Below, one piece after another: positions 36,688 to 44,607 of a DNA stretch of 64,000 nt. A program made the translations under genes and the position numbers. Below the pieces are notes generated by a model. That model was not told the DNA's origin. It worked only from the letters and a program-made list of their open reading frames with translations, and ran no database searches. Numbering within the stretch: the first letter of the stretch is position 1; every line of letters starts with the position of its first letter. The stretch comes from Allosphingosinicella sp. Lineage in GTDB: Bacteria; Pseudomonadota; Alphaproteobacteria; Sphingomonadales; Sphingomonadaceae. Location: the NCBI GenBank assembly GCA_036388065.1, contig DASVSP010000061.1, positions 7,703-71,702 of the forward strand. Direction: 5' to 3'.

Positions 36688-37229
36688 TGGACTCCGATCT
36701 CATCGTCCTCGTGCTCGTCGTGGTGACGTTCGCAGCCGCGTTCAACCTGTGGCTGACCTTTCGCCTCTCCGCTCGAATCCGGGAGATGACGGCGCCCGCC
36801 TTCACCGTCACCCTCGGTGATCCGGTACCTTCGTTCGAGGGCACGGCGTCGGCCGGGAGCCGGGCGATCCGGTCCTCGGATCTCGCCGGGCAGCCGGCGG
36901 TGCTGGTGTTCCTCTCGGCCGGGTGCAGCACCTGCGCGGGGCACATCCCGGAGCTGGCCGCGATCCTGGACGGAGCGGGGCGGCTCGGTGTGAGCCTCTG
37001 GATCGTTCCGGCCGACGACGTCCACGACATCGCCCGCCTCGTCGGCGGAACGCCGCTGGCGGAGCGCGTGCTGGTCCTCGAACCGGCTCACCGCCTTCGC
37101 CTCAATCCGATGAGATCGGCGCCCTTCTACCTGTTCATCGACGAGAATTCGGTCGCCCGGGCGAGCAACAATCTCGGCGACGAGGATTGGACAACGTTCG
37201 TCGAGCAGATGTTGGAAGGGGCTGGATAG
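36687..37229 (+). CDS. MauD-like membrane-anchored thioredoxin (CxxC)
   Basis: TGATG overlap; N-terminal TM; GDPVPSF, LVFLSAGCSTC, APFYLFID. Confidence 0.85.
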   Translation: MDSDLIVLVLVVVTFAAAFNLWLTFRLSARIREMTAPAFTVTLGDPVPSFEGTASAGSRAIRSSDLAGQPAVLVFLSAGCSTCAGHIPELAAILDGAGRLGVSLWIVPADDVHDIARLVGGTPLAERVLVLEPAHRLRLNPMRSAPFYLFIDENSVARASNNLGDEDWTTFVEQMLEGAG

Positions 37230-37419
37230 CCCGGCCCCGAAAGCGACCGCTCGAGTAGCCTCCCGGGCGAGGCGCGCCTATACAGCAGGCGCTCCCGACG
37301 GCGGGCATACGAGGAGGGCGGGCAAAGCTCCGCGCGGCCTCCTGCCGGCGCGCCTTCGGCGGCTTTGGCGCGTCGGCCTCGGGGAGCGCTGCGAGGGCAG
37401 CAGAAAAGGGGAGATCGAG

Positions 37420-37836
37420 ATGCCGAAGGGAGCCTGTCTTTGCGGCGCCGTCAGCTTCGAGGTGGAGGGAGACCTGCCGCCGCCCGACGCGTGCCATTGC
37501 ACGGCCTGCCGCAAGTCGTCCGGCCATTATTTCGCCTCCACGGACGTTCCGCGGGATTCGCTCACGATCCGCGGCGCCGAGCATGTCACCTGGTACGGCT
37601 CGTCCGAGAAAGCGAGGCGTGGTTTTTGCTCCGTCTGCGGCTCGTCGCTTTTCTGGGATCCGCTGCACCGCAACTGGACGGCGGTGGCCATGGGCGCCTT
37701 CGAAGGGACCACGGGCACTTCGCTCGACAAGCACATCTTCGTCCACGAGAAGGGAGATTATTACGACCTCGAGGACGGATTGCCGCGCTTCGGGTCCGAT
37801 CCGACGAGGGAGTGGAGTCCGGAGACGGACGGCTGA
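37420..37836 (+). CDS. GFA family protein
   Basis: GACLCG, CHCTACRK, FCSVCGS. Confidence 0.9.
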   Translation: MPKGACLCGAVSFEVEGDLPPPDACHCTACRKSSGHYFASTDVPRDSLTIRGAEHVTWYGSSEKARRGFCSVCGSSLFWDPLHRNWTAVAMGAFEGTTGTSLDKHIFVHEKGDYYDLEDGLPRFGSDPTREWSPETDG

Positions 37837-38082
37837 GAGGCGGAGCTCTCCGGTGGCTTCGAGCCTTCCTCGCCCGGTCGCCGAATAAGGGAAAGCGATC
37901 GGTTCGCACCGAGACCAGCACGGGCACGAAGATCCCGCGAAGCGGCTTGTCCACGACAGCTCGGGAAGGCCGCGACCTTCGCCCGCGAGGCGCCTTTGTG
38001 CCCTTCGTGCCCTTTGTGCGAAACCGTTGCGGCCTTCGGCCGCCGCTCGACCCCGGCCGCTAGGACCGGAGGCCCGAGGGCG

Positions 38083-38721
38083 CTAGCCGACGAACGGGTC
38101 GGTGGCGGCGAGGACGTCCAAGGCGGATGTCCGGTCCCACCATCTCCGCAAGGCCGAGTGAGGGGAAAGAGCCGCTTTTCCTTCCCCGGCCCGGACGAAA
38201 TAATCCATCATCGGAGCCAGGTGACAGTCGACCAGGGTAAAATCGCGCCCATTGAGGACGAGTCCCTCGCCCGCCACTGAGTCCAGGAACGACAGAATCT
38301 TCACGGACGCTTCGAGGCCGGAATCGACCTCGTCCCGGCTGGACGGCTCCCCGAAGAAGGGGCGGAAAAAGGAATGGGAGGCAACCTGCCTGACCATCGG
38401 CCGGTAGGCGTAGGAGTCGATGACCGAGATCACTTGGTCCATCCTCGCCAGGGCCGCGGCACTTTCCGGCTGGAGCGGCGGGCCCGGGAAGGTCCGATCG
38501 AGGTAGCGCGTGATCGCGCCCGTCTCGAAAAGCGTGAACCCACCATGAGCGAGCACCGGAACCCGGCCGAACGGGTGAAGCTTCCAATAGGCCTCGGGAA
38601 GCTCAGCGAAGGGGTCGACCTCGACCGTGCGATGATCGACCTCCTTCCACACCAGGGCCATTCGGGCGGTTCGGGTGTAGACGCTGTATCGGTATCCATG
38701 AAGAAGGACCGGGTCCGCCAT
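38083..38721 (-). CDS. Glutathione S-transferase
   Basis: HPFGRVPVL, FETGAITRYL, FTLVDCH. Confidence 0.9.
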   Translation of the reverse strand: MADPVLLHGYRYSVYTRTARMALVWKEVDHRTVEVDPFAELPEAYWKLHPFGRVPVLAHGGFTLFETGAITRYLDRTFPGPPLQPESAAALARMDQVISVIDSYAYRPMVRQVASHSFFRPFFGEPSSRDEVDSGLEASVKILSFLDSVAGEGLVLNGRDFTLVDCHLAPMMDYFVRAGEGKAALSPHSALRRWWDRTSALDVLAATDPFVG

Positions 38722-38806
38722 CCGAGTCTCCTTGAGTTTCCTCGCGACCCGAGGCCGGCCCGACCTGTGGCCACGGCTTTGATTTCGAGTGATCGGCTCG
38801 CGAGAG

Positions 38807-38881
38807 TGGCTCCCCGGGACGGATTCGAACCATCGGCCATCCGATTAACAGTCGGATGCTCTACCGCTGAGCTACCGGGGA
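38807..38881 (-). tRNA. tRNA-Asn (GTT)
   Basis: Reverse complement TCCCCGGTAGCTCAGCGGTAGAGCATCCGACTGTTAATCGGA...GGTTCGAATCC...GGGGAGCCA. Confidence 0.96.
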
Positions 38882-38945
38882 GCAGCCTCTCGGGCGAGGC
38901 GCGCCTATAGCAGCGGGTTTCTCGGGCTGGCAAGGGCCTGGGGCC

Positions 38946-39728
38946 TCAGGCCGCGAACTGCTCCATCGAGATCCGTTCGTCGAGCGCGTGCTCGGGATCG
39001 AACAGCAAGGTGAGCGCCTGGCTCCGGTCGACCCGGACCTCCACCGTCGCGACGTCGCGGACCTCGCGCTGGTCGGCGACCGCCGAGACGGGCCGCTTCT
39101 CCGCGTCGAGGACCCGAAGGAAGATGGTGAGATCGTCGGGGACGAGCGCGCCCTTCCAGCGCCGCGGGCGGAAAGGGCTGATCGGAGTCAAGGCGACGAG
39201 GTTCGCCCCGAGCGGAAGGATCGGCCCCTGGGCGGAGAAATTATAGGCGGTCGAGCCGGCGGGGGTCGCCACCAGCACCCCGTCGCAGACCAGCTCGGGA
39301 AGAACCGTCCGGCCGTTCACCGAGACCTCGATCCGGGCTGTCTGCCTCGTCTCCCGAAGAAGCGACACTTCGTTGATCGCCGGGCTGGAGACGGTCTCGC
39401 CCGAGACGGTCACCGCCTCCATCCGGAGGGGCGCCACCGACACCGCCTTGGCCCGGTTGACCCGTTCCCTCAGTCCGTCGATCCGCCATTCGTTCATCAG
39501 GAAGCCGACCGTCCCCCGGTTCATGCCGAAGATCGGCAGGGTGCGTCCGCAGTTGAGCATGTCGTGAAGGGTCTGGAGCAGGAAGCCGTCGCCGCCGAGC
39601 GCGATGACCTGCTCGGCCTCGGCCAGCGGCACGAAGTCGTAGACCTCGCGGAGCAGGGCCTCGGCCGACTGAGCCGCTTCCGCGGGGGAAGCGAGCAGCG
39701 CGGTGGGGAGGTCGGCGTTGGCCGTCAT
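38946..39728 (-). CDS. nadK: NAD kinase
   Basis: ALGGDG, GTVGFL, INE, DGVLVATPAGSTAY. Confidence 0.93.
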   Translation of the reverse strand: MTANADLPTALLASPAEAAQSAEALLREVYDFVPLAEAEQVIALGGDGFLLQTLHDMLNCGRTLPIFGMNRGTVGFLMNEWRIDGLRERVNRAKAVSVAPLRMEAVTVSGETVSSPAINEVSLLRETRQTARIEVSVNGRTVLPELVCDGVLVATPAGSTAYNFSAQGPILPLGANLVALTPISPFRPRRWKGALVPDDLTIFLRVLDAEKRPVSAVADQREVRDVATVEVRVDRSQALTLLFDPEHALDERISMEQFAA

Positions 39729-39788
39729 GACCTGCTTGCTAGCGGCAAGGTGGGACCGGCGCTAGTGGAGGGTGGATCGGAGAATTGG

Positions 39789-41129
39789 ATGCGCTGGCTC
39801 GAACGTCGCGAGGGATGGAGCCCGCAGGGGGAGGACGCGCGGGGCGCGGCCGATGTGGATTATGCCCGGGTCATCCATTCCGCGTCGTTCCGGCGGCTGC
39901 AGGGAAAGACCCAGATCCTCAACCTCGGGGACAGCGATTTCTACCGGACCCGGCTCACCCACTCGCTCGAGGTCGCCCAGGTGGCGAACGGGATCGCGCG
40001 CCAGTTCGAGAAAGATCAGGCCGGCCATCCTGCGCACTCCGTGCTTCCGCCAAGGAGCATGATCCAGGCCTGCGGGGCCACCCACGATCTGGGGCATCCG
40101 CCCTTCGGCCATGGCGGGGAGGTCGCGCTCAATTACTGCATGCGCGACGACGGCGGCTTCGAAGGCAACGGCCAGACCCTGAGGATTCTCGGCCGCCTCG
40201 AGAAATTCTCCAAGGACGCGGGCTCCAACCTCACCAGGCGAACCCTGATGAGCGTATTGAAATATCCCGCGCCCTTCAGCAGGGTCGCGAATGCCGAATC
40301 CTCGCCGAGGCTGGCGGCCGGAACGACCGCGGTTTCGCTGCTCGACCGCAAGGCCTGCAAGCCGCCCAAATGCTATCTCGACAGCGAGGAAGACCTGGTG
40401 GCGTGGATCTTGGAGCCGCTGAGTGATGCCGATCGCGATCGGTTCACTTCGGTCGAGACGCTCGAGGGCGGGCACGCACGCACCCGGCACAAGTCGTTCG
40501 ACTGCAGCATCATGGACCTGGCCGACGACATCGCTTTCGGAGTCCACGACCTCGAGGACGCGCTCGACCTTCGGCTGATCGAGCGAGCCGATTTCGAGCG
40601 GCTCGTTCCTCCGGAAAGCTGCGCCGGCTTCCTCGACGCCTTGAAAGCCAAATATAAGGACGAGTTCGGCAACGACGTCTACGGCACCTTCGTCGACGCG
40701 CTGTTCGGCGAAGGCGGCGAGCGCAAGCACTTCGTCAACCGGCTCGTGGGCCACTTCATCACCCGCTGCCGGATCGACACCCTCAACGAGTTCGAAGAGC
40801 CGCTGATCCGCTATCGGGCTGCGATGGCCGAGGCGCCGAGACGCTTCCTGACGGCGCTGATCGCCGCCGTGAGGGAGACGGTGATACTGAGCCCGGAAGT
40901 CCAGCATCTCGAGCTCAAGGGCCAGACTCTGGTCGTGGCGGTGTTCGAGACCCTGGCCTCCGATCCCAAGGCGCTCCTTCCGCGACCGACCTACCGGCGC
41001 TTCGAGCAATCGGGGGGCGACCGGCGGGTGATATGCGATCACATCGCGGGAATGACGGATTCCTTCCTTCTCAAGACCTACGACCGCCTGTTCAGCCCGC
41101 GGATGGGCTCGGTTTTCGACAGGATCTAG
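39789..41129 (+). CDS. dgt: dGTP triphosphohydrolase (HD family)
   Basis: DYARVIHSASFRRLQGKTQ, RTRLTHSLEV, HDLGHPPFGH, ADDIA, DHIAGMTD. Confidence 0.92.
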   Translation: MRWLERREGWSPQGEDARGAADVDYARVIHSASFRRLQGKTQILNLGDSDFYRTRLTHSLEVAQVANGIARQFEKDQAGHPAHSVLPPRSMIQACGATHDLGHPPFGHGGEVALNYCMRDDGGFEGNGQTLRILGRLEKFSKDAGSNLTRRTLMSVLKYPAPFSRVANAESSPRLAAGTTAVSLLDRKACKPPKCYLDSEEDLVAWILEPLSDADRDRFTSVETLEGGHARTRHKSFDCSIMDLADDIAFGVHDLEDALDLRLIERADFERLVPPESCAGFLDALKAKYKDEFGNDVYGTFVDALFGEGGERKHFVNRLVGHFITRCRIDTLNEFEEPLIRYRAAMAEAPRRFLTALIAAVRETVILSPEVQHLELKGQTLVVAVFETLASDPKALLPRPTYRRFEQSGGDRRVICDHIAGMTDSFLLKTYDRLFSPRMGSVFDRI

Positions 41130-41166
41130 CCTGCATCGACATTCAACCTTGGACGAGCTTGCAAAT

Positions 41167-41288
41167 CCTCCCCTGCATTTGCAGGGGAGGGGACCATGCG
41201 AAGCATGGTGGAGGGGACTTACCGACTCCGAGAACCCCTCCACCGCGCTTCGCGCGGTCCCCCTCCCCGAGAATCTCGGGGAGGATTC
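41167..41288. repeat. GC-rich multi-hairpin REP-like element (CCTCCCC...GGGGAGGGGACC...GGTGGAGGGG)
   Basis: Stacked inverted repeats between convergent genes; related CCCTCCCTGGAAGGGAG-type elements near 9180 and 27280. Confidence 0.65.
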
Positions 41289-41297
41289 AGGCGGTCG

Positions 41298-43949
41298 TCA
41301 CCCCGCCCGCCGGTCATCGAGGGCCGCCGCCATCGCCTCGATCAGGCTGTTTGCGTCATAGGGCTTGGGCAGGACCCTGAAATCGTGGTCGGTCTTGAGC
41401 AGCTCCGCGCTATATCCCGTCGCGAGGAGCACCGGCAGCCCGGGCATTTGCCGGCGGATGGTCGTCGCGAGCTCGACCCCGCTCGCTCCGGGCATGACGA
41501 CGTCGGTGAACACCAGGTCGAATTTCTCCGCCTTCAGCAGCTCCAGGGCCGACCGCGCGTCCTCGGCCGCAAGGACCCGGCAACCCAGATCCGTCAGAAG
41601 CTCGTGCGCGAATTCGCGCACCTGGCGGTTGTCCTCGACGAGCAGGACCCGGCAGTCCTTCGGAAGTGCGGCGTGACCCGGACCCTCGGCCTGAGCCGAC
41701 AAGGCTTCGTCGGTGACCGGGAGGAGGATGTGGATGGTCGTGCCGGCGCCTTCGCGCGATTCTATCTCGGCCCTGCCCCCCGCCTGGGCGGCGAAGCCGT
41801 GAATCTGGGAGAGGCCGAGGCCCGTGCCCTTGCCGACCTCCTTGGTGGTGAAGAAGGGCTCGAACGCGCGCTCGACCACGCGCGGCGGCATTCCCAGGCC
41901 GTCGTCGCTGACCGAGAGGCGAAGGAAGCGCTTGCCGCCTTCCTCGAAGCTCCGGGTCGCGAGTCCCAGCCTGCCGCCCTTGGGCATGGCGTCGCGCGCG
42001 TTGACGGCGGCGTTGAGCACCGCCGCCTCCAGCTGCGTTCGGTCGACCCGAACGGGACTCCGGGCGGCGTCGAGGTCCAGCGAAACCTGGATCCGGCTGC
42101 CGAGCGTCCGGCTGAGCACTTCGGCGAAGGCGTCGAGAGTGACGTCGACGTCGAGCACCTCCGGCTTGATCGCCTGCCGCCGGCCGAAGGCGAGGAGCTG
42201 CTGGGTGAGCGTGGTGGCGCGCTTGGCCGTGTCGCCGATCGCCTGGAGATACTGGCGCCGCTTGGCGTCGGGCAGGTCGGAACGGCGGAGAAGGACGTCC
42301 GCCGACCCGGAGACCACCGTCATGAGGTTGTTGAAATCGTGGGCGATCCCGCCTGTGAGCTCACCGAGCGCCTGAAGCTTCTGGGCCTGGGCGAGCGCCT
42401 CGTGGACGTTCCGGAGCTCGGCGGTACGCTCCTCGACCCTTTGCTCCAAGGTTTCACGCGCCTGCTGGACCGCTTGATAGAGCCGGGCATTGTCGATCGC
42501 GACCGCCGCCTGGGCGGCTATTCCGACGACCAGCCGCTCGTGGCGTTCGGTGAAGCGCCCCGGCTCCGGATAGCCGAAGAACAGGCCTCCCATCACTTCG
42601 CCCGAGCGGCTCCGCACCGGGACCGCGAGGTAGGAGACGACCGGCAGATGGCCTTTGGGCATTCCGAAATGCGGAGCGGTGTGGCCGTAGCGCGGGTCGC
42701 TGGTGATGTCGTCGGAACGGATGATGCATTCGCCGGCGAAGGTCGGGTGGAAGACCGCGGTGTTGCGCGGCATTCCGAAGTCGAACTGGGACGGGTGGGC
42801 GCCCGAGAGCGTGTAGAGCATGTAGCTCTCGCCGCTGGAGCTGAGGACGTTGTAGAAGAAGGCCCCGAACTGGGCGCCGGTCAGCTCCACTCCGGCGTCG
42901 GTGACGGTCTGGACGATGCTTTCGAGGTCGAGTTGGGCGGCGAGGGCGGCGCCCGTCTTGTTGAGCGCCTCGAGGATCCGGGTTTCTTCCCTGAGAGCCT
43001 CCTCGGCGGCGCGTTCCTCGGTGACGTCGTTATGGACCCCGACCCATTCCGCGACGCTTCCGTCGGGCCTGAGGACGGGCATGGCCCTGACCGAGCACAG
43101 CCGCCAGTCGCCGTCGAAGCGCCTGACCCGATGCTCGAAGACGAACGAGTCGCGCCTTCGGACCGCTTCGTCCCAGGCTTGGAGCGTCGGCTGGACGTCG
43201 TCCGGATGGATCGCAGCCGACCAGCCGTAACCCTGATATTGATCGAAGCATTGCCCGGTCAGTGCCGCCCAGCCCGATTGCTCGCCGACCATCCGGCCTT
43301 CGGAATCGTTGGTCCAGAGCACTCCGCGGGTCGCCTGGACCGCGGCACGGAAACGCTCGTGGCTGGAGCGCAGCTCGGCTTCCGCCCGAACCCGCTCGAC
43401 ATGCGCCCAGGACCGTTCGGTAACCTCGCGTATCGCTTCCAGCTCGAAGGCCGACCAGGGGTGGGGAATTTTGTCGTGGATCGCCATCAGAGCGCTGAGC
43501 CGGCCCGCCTTGACCAGCGGCATGCAGATGGTGGCGGCGAACCCGATGTCCTGGAAGGTCTTCGCCTCGTGCGGCGCGATCTCGGCGAGGTTGTCGTTGA
43601 TGATGAGCGGCCGTCCCGCCTTGAGCTCCGTCACCGCGAGCGCGCCGAAGTCCGCCAGCCGGTAATGTCCGACGATCGAGGGCGATCCCGGCGCGTTCCA
43701 GTCGCCGCGGATGGTGAAGCCGTCCTCGTCCTCGTCCATGTCAGCATAGGCGCAATTGGTGACGCCGAGATGCTCGGCGGTGAGCCTGGTCGTGATGGTG
43801 AGGATCTCGTCCGCGTCGGTCGACCTGGAAGTGGCCTGGCTGAGCCGGTCCAGGAAGCTGAAGAGCGATTCGCGGCTCATCGAGCCTTGCGCCGGGTTCC
43901 GTCCGCGGGGCTCAGCGTCGACGTAATCCTTGTCAGCCAACGCACGCAC
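41298..43949 (-). CDS. Hybrid sensor histidine kinase (GAF-PAS-GAF-HisKA-HATPase-REC); start 43949 or 43880
   Basis: IAHDFNNL, NARDAM, PFFTTK..GKGTGLGL, LVFTDVVMPG. Confidence 0.92.
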   Translation of the reverse strand: MRALADKDYVDAEPRGRNPAQGSMSRESLFSFLDRLSQATSRSTDADEILTITTRLTAEHLGVTNCAYADMDEDEDGFTIRGDWNAPGSPSIVGHYRLADFGALAVTELKAGRPLIINDNLAEIAPHEAKTFQDIGFAATICMPLVKAGRLSALMAIHDKIPHPWSAFELEAIREVTERSWAHVERVRAEAELRSSHERFRAAVQATRGVLWTNDSEGRMVGEQSGWAALTGQCFDQYQGYGWSAAIHPDDVQPTLQAWDEAVRRRDSFVFEHRVRRFDGDWRLCSVRAMPVLRPDGSVAEWVGVHNDVTEERAAEEALREETRILEALNKTGAALAAQLDLESIVQTVTDAGVELTGAQFGAFFYNVLSSSGESYMLYTLSGAHPSQFDFGMPRNTAVFHPTFAGECIIRSDDITSDPRYGHTAPHFGMPKGHLPVVSYLAVPVRSRSGEVMGGLFFGYPEPGRFTERHERLVVGIAAQAAVAIDNARLYQAVQQARETLEQRVEERTAELRNVHEALAQAQKLQALGELTGGIAHDFNNLMTVVSGSADVLLRRSDLPDAKRRQYLQAIGDTAKRATTLTQQLLAFGRRQAIKPEVLDVDVTLDAFAEVLSRTLGSRIQVSLDLDAARSPVRVDRTQLEAAVLNAAVNARDAMPKGGRLGLATRSFEEGGKRFLRLSVSDDGLGMPPRVVERAFEPFFTTKEVGKGTGLGLSQIHGFAAQAGGRAEIESREGAGTTIHILLPVTDEALSAQAEGPGHAALPKDCRVLLVEDNRQVREFAHELLTDLGCRVLAAEDARSALELLKAEKFDLVFTDVVMPGASGVELATTIRRQMPGLPVLLATGYSAELLKTDHDFRVLPKPYDANSLIEAMAAALDDRRAG

Positions 43950-44049
43950 TCCGAGGAACCACCCGGCCCCGGGGTAGCGTTTATCGACGCGATATCAATA
44001 GCCGAGCCCCGGATTGCCTAGAGCGGGATCAGGCTTAGCTGTTACAGCT

Positions 44050-44181
44050 CGTCATTGCGAGCGAAGCGAAGCAATCCATGGCGGTCTCCCGAGTCCGCTG
44101 GATTGCTTCGTCGCTGCCGCGTCGCGGAAGTTTATCCTGAGCGCCGCCGCAGTCGGCGTCGAAGGGCTCCTCGCAATGACG
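44050..44181. repeat. Composite REP family B with internal CCTGAGCGCCGCCGCA...GTCGAAGGG insert
   Basis: Same composite at 57383-57522. Confidence 0.75.
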
Positions 44182-44607
44182 GTTGGCTTAGACAATCAAG
44201 CTACGCGCTCAGCACTGCTCGCAGATCAGCCGCGACGGCTGGCAGATCGCCGGCCGCCGGCGAGTGACGTGCCCGCATTCGAGCAGCATCGACATCGCGC
44301 CCCGGCCGCACGGAGTCCGGGCGGTTACCGCACGGCTTCGCCGGTCCCGGGGACGCAGCAGCGCCTCCTCTTCGATGATCATGTCTCATTCCCCCCTGCT
44401 TCCCGTAAAAAACGGCTCGCAATCAATGCTGTAGCAACCTTTCTTGCCGACACCAAGGCGCTTTCTCAACGGATTCGAATGAATAAGAAGAAGAAGTGCT
44501 TCGTCCCGAGCCGGTACTCGCGCGATCTAAACCGATTGTTGAGGGGAAGGGCGCAGAGTAGAGCGATGGGGTTCGAAGCGCCGTCTTGCGGAAAGGGAGA
44601 GGGAGGC

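Noticed and set aside
36181-37229. Methylamine utilisation (mau) operon
   Set aside because: No mauA, mauB, mauG or amicyanin; the genes are coupled to the RiPP operon instead.
38740-38881. Prophage or ICE integrated at tRNA-Asn
   Set aside because: No integrase, phage or conjugation genes, and no att repeat found by eye.
38988-39788. Apparent long N-terminal extension of dGTPase (713 aa ORF)
   Set aside because: It is the antisense of the NAD kinase gene; homology begins near 39789.
41196-44021. 941-aa + strand ORF and similar long antisense ORFs (e.g. 17511-19040, 19678-21072, 44527-46578, 55522-57009)
   Set aside because: Typical high-GC antisense open frames opposite clearly recognisable genes; no motifs.
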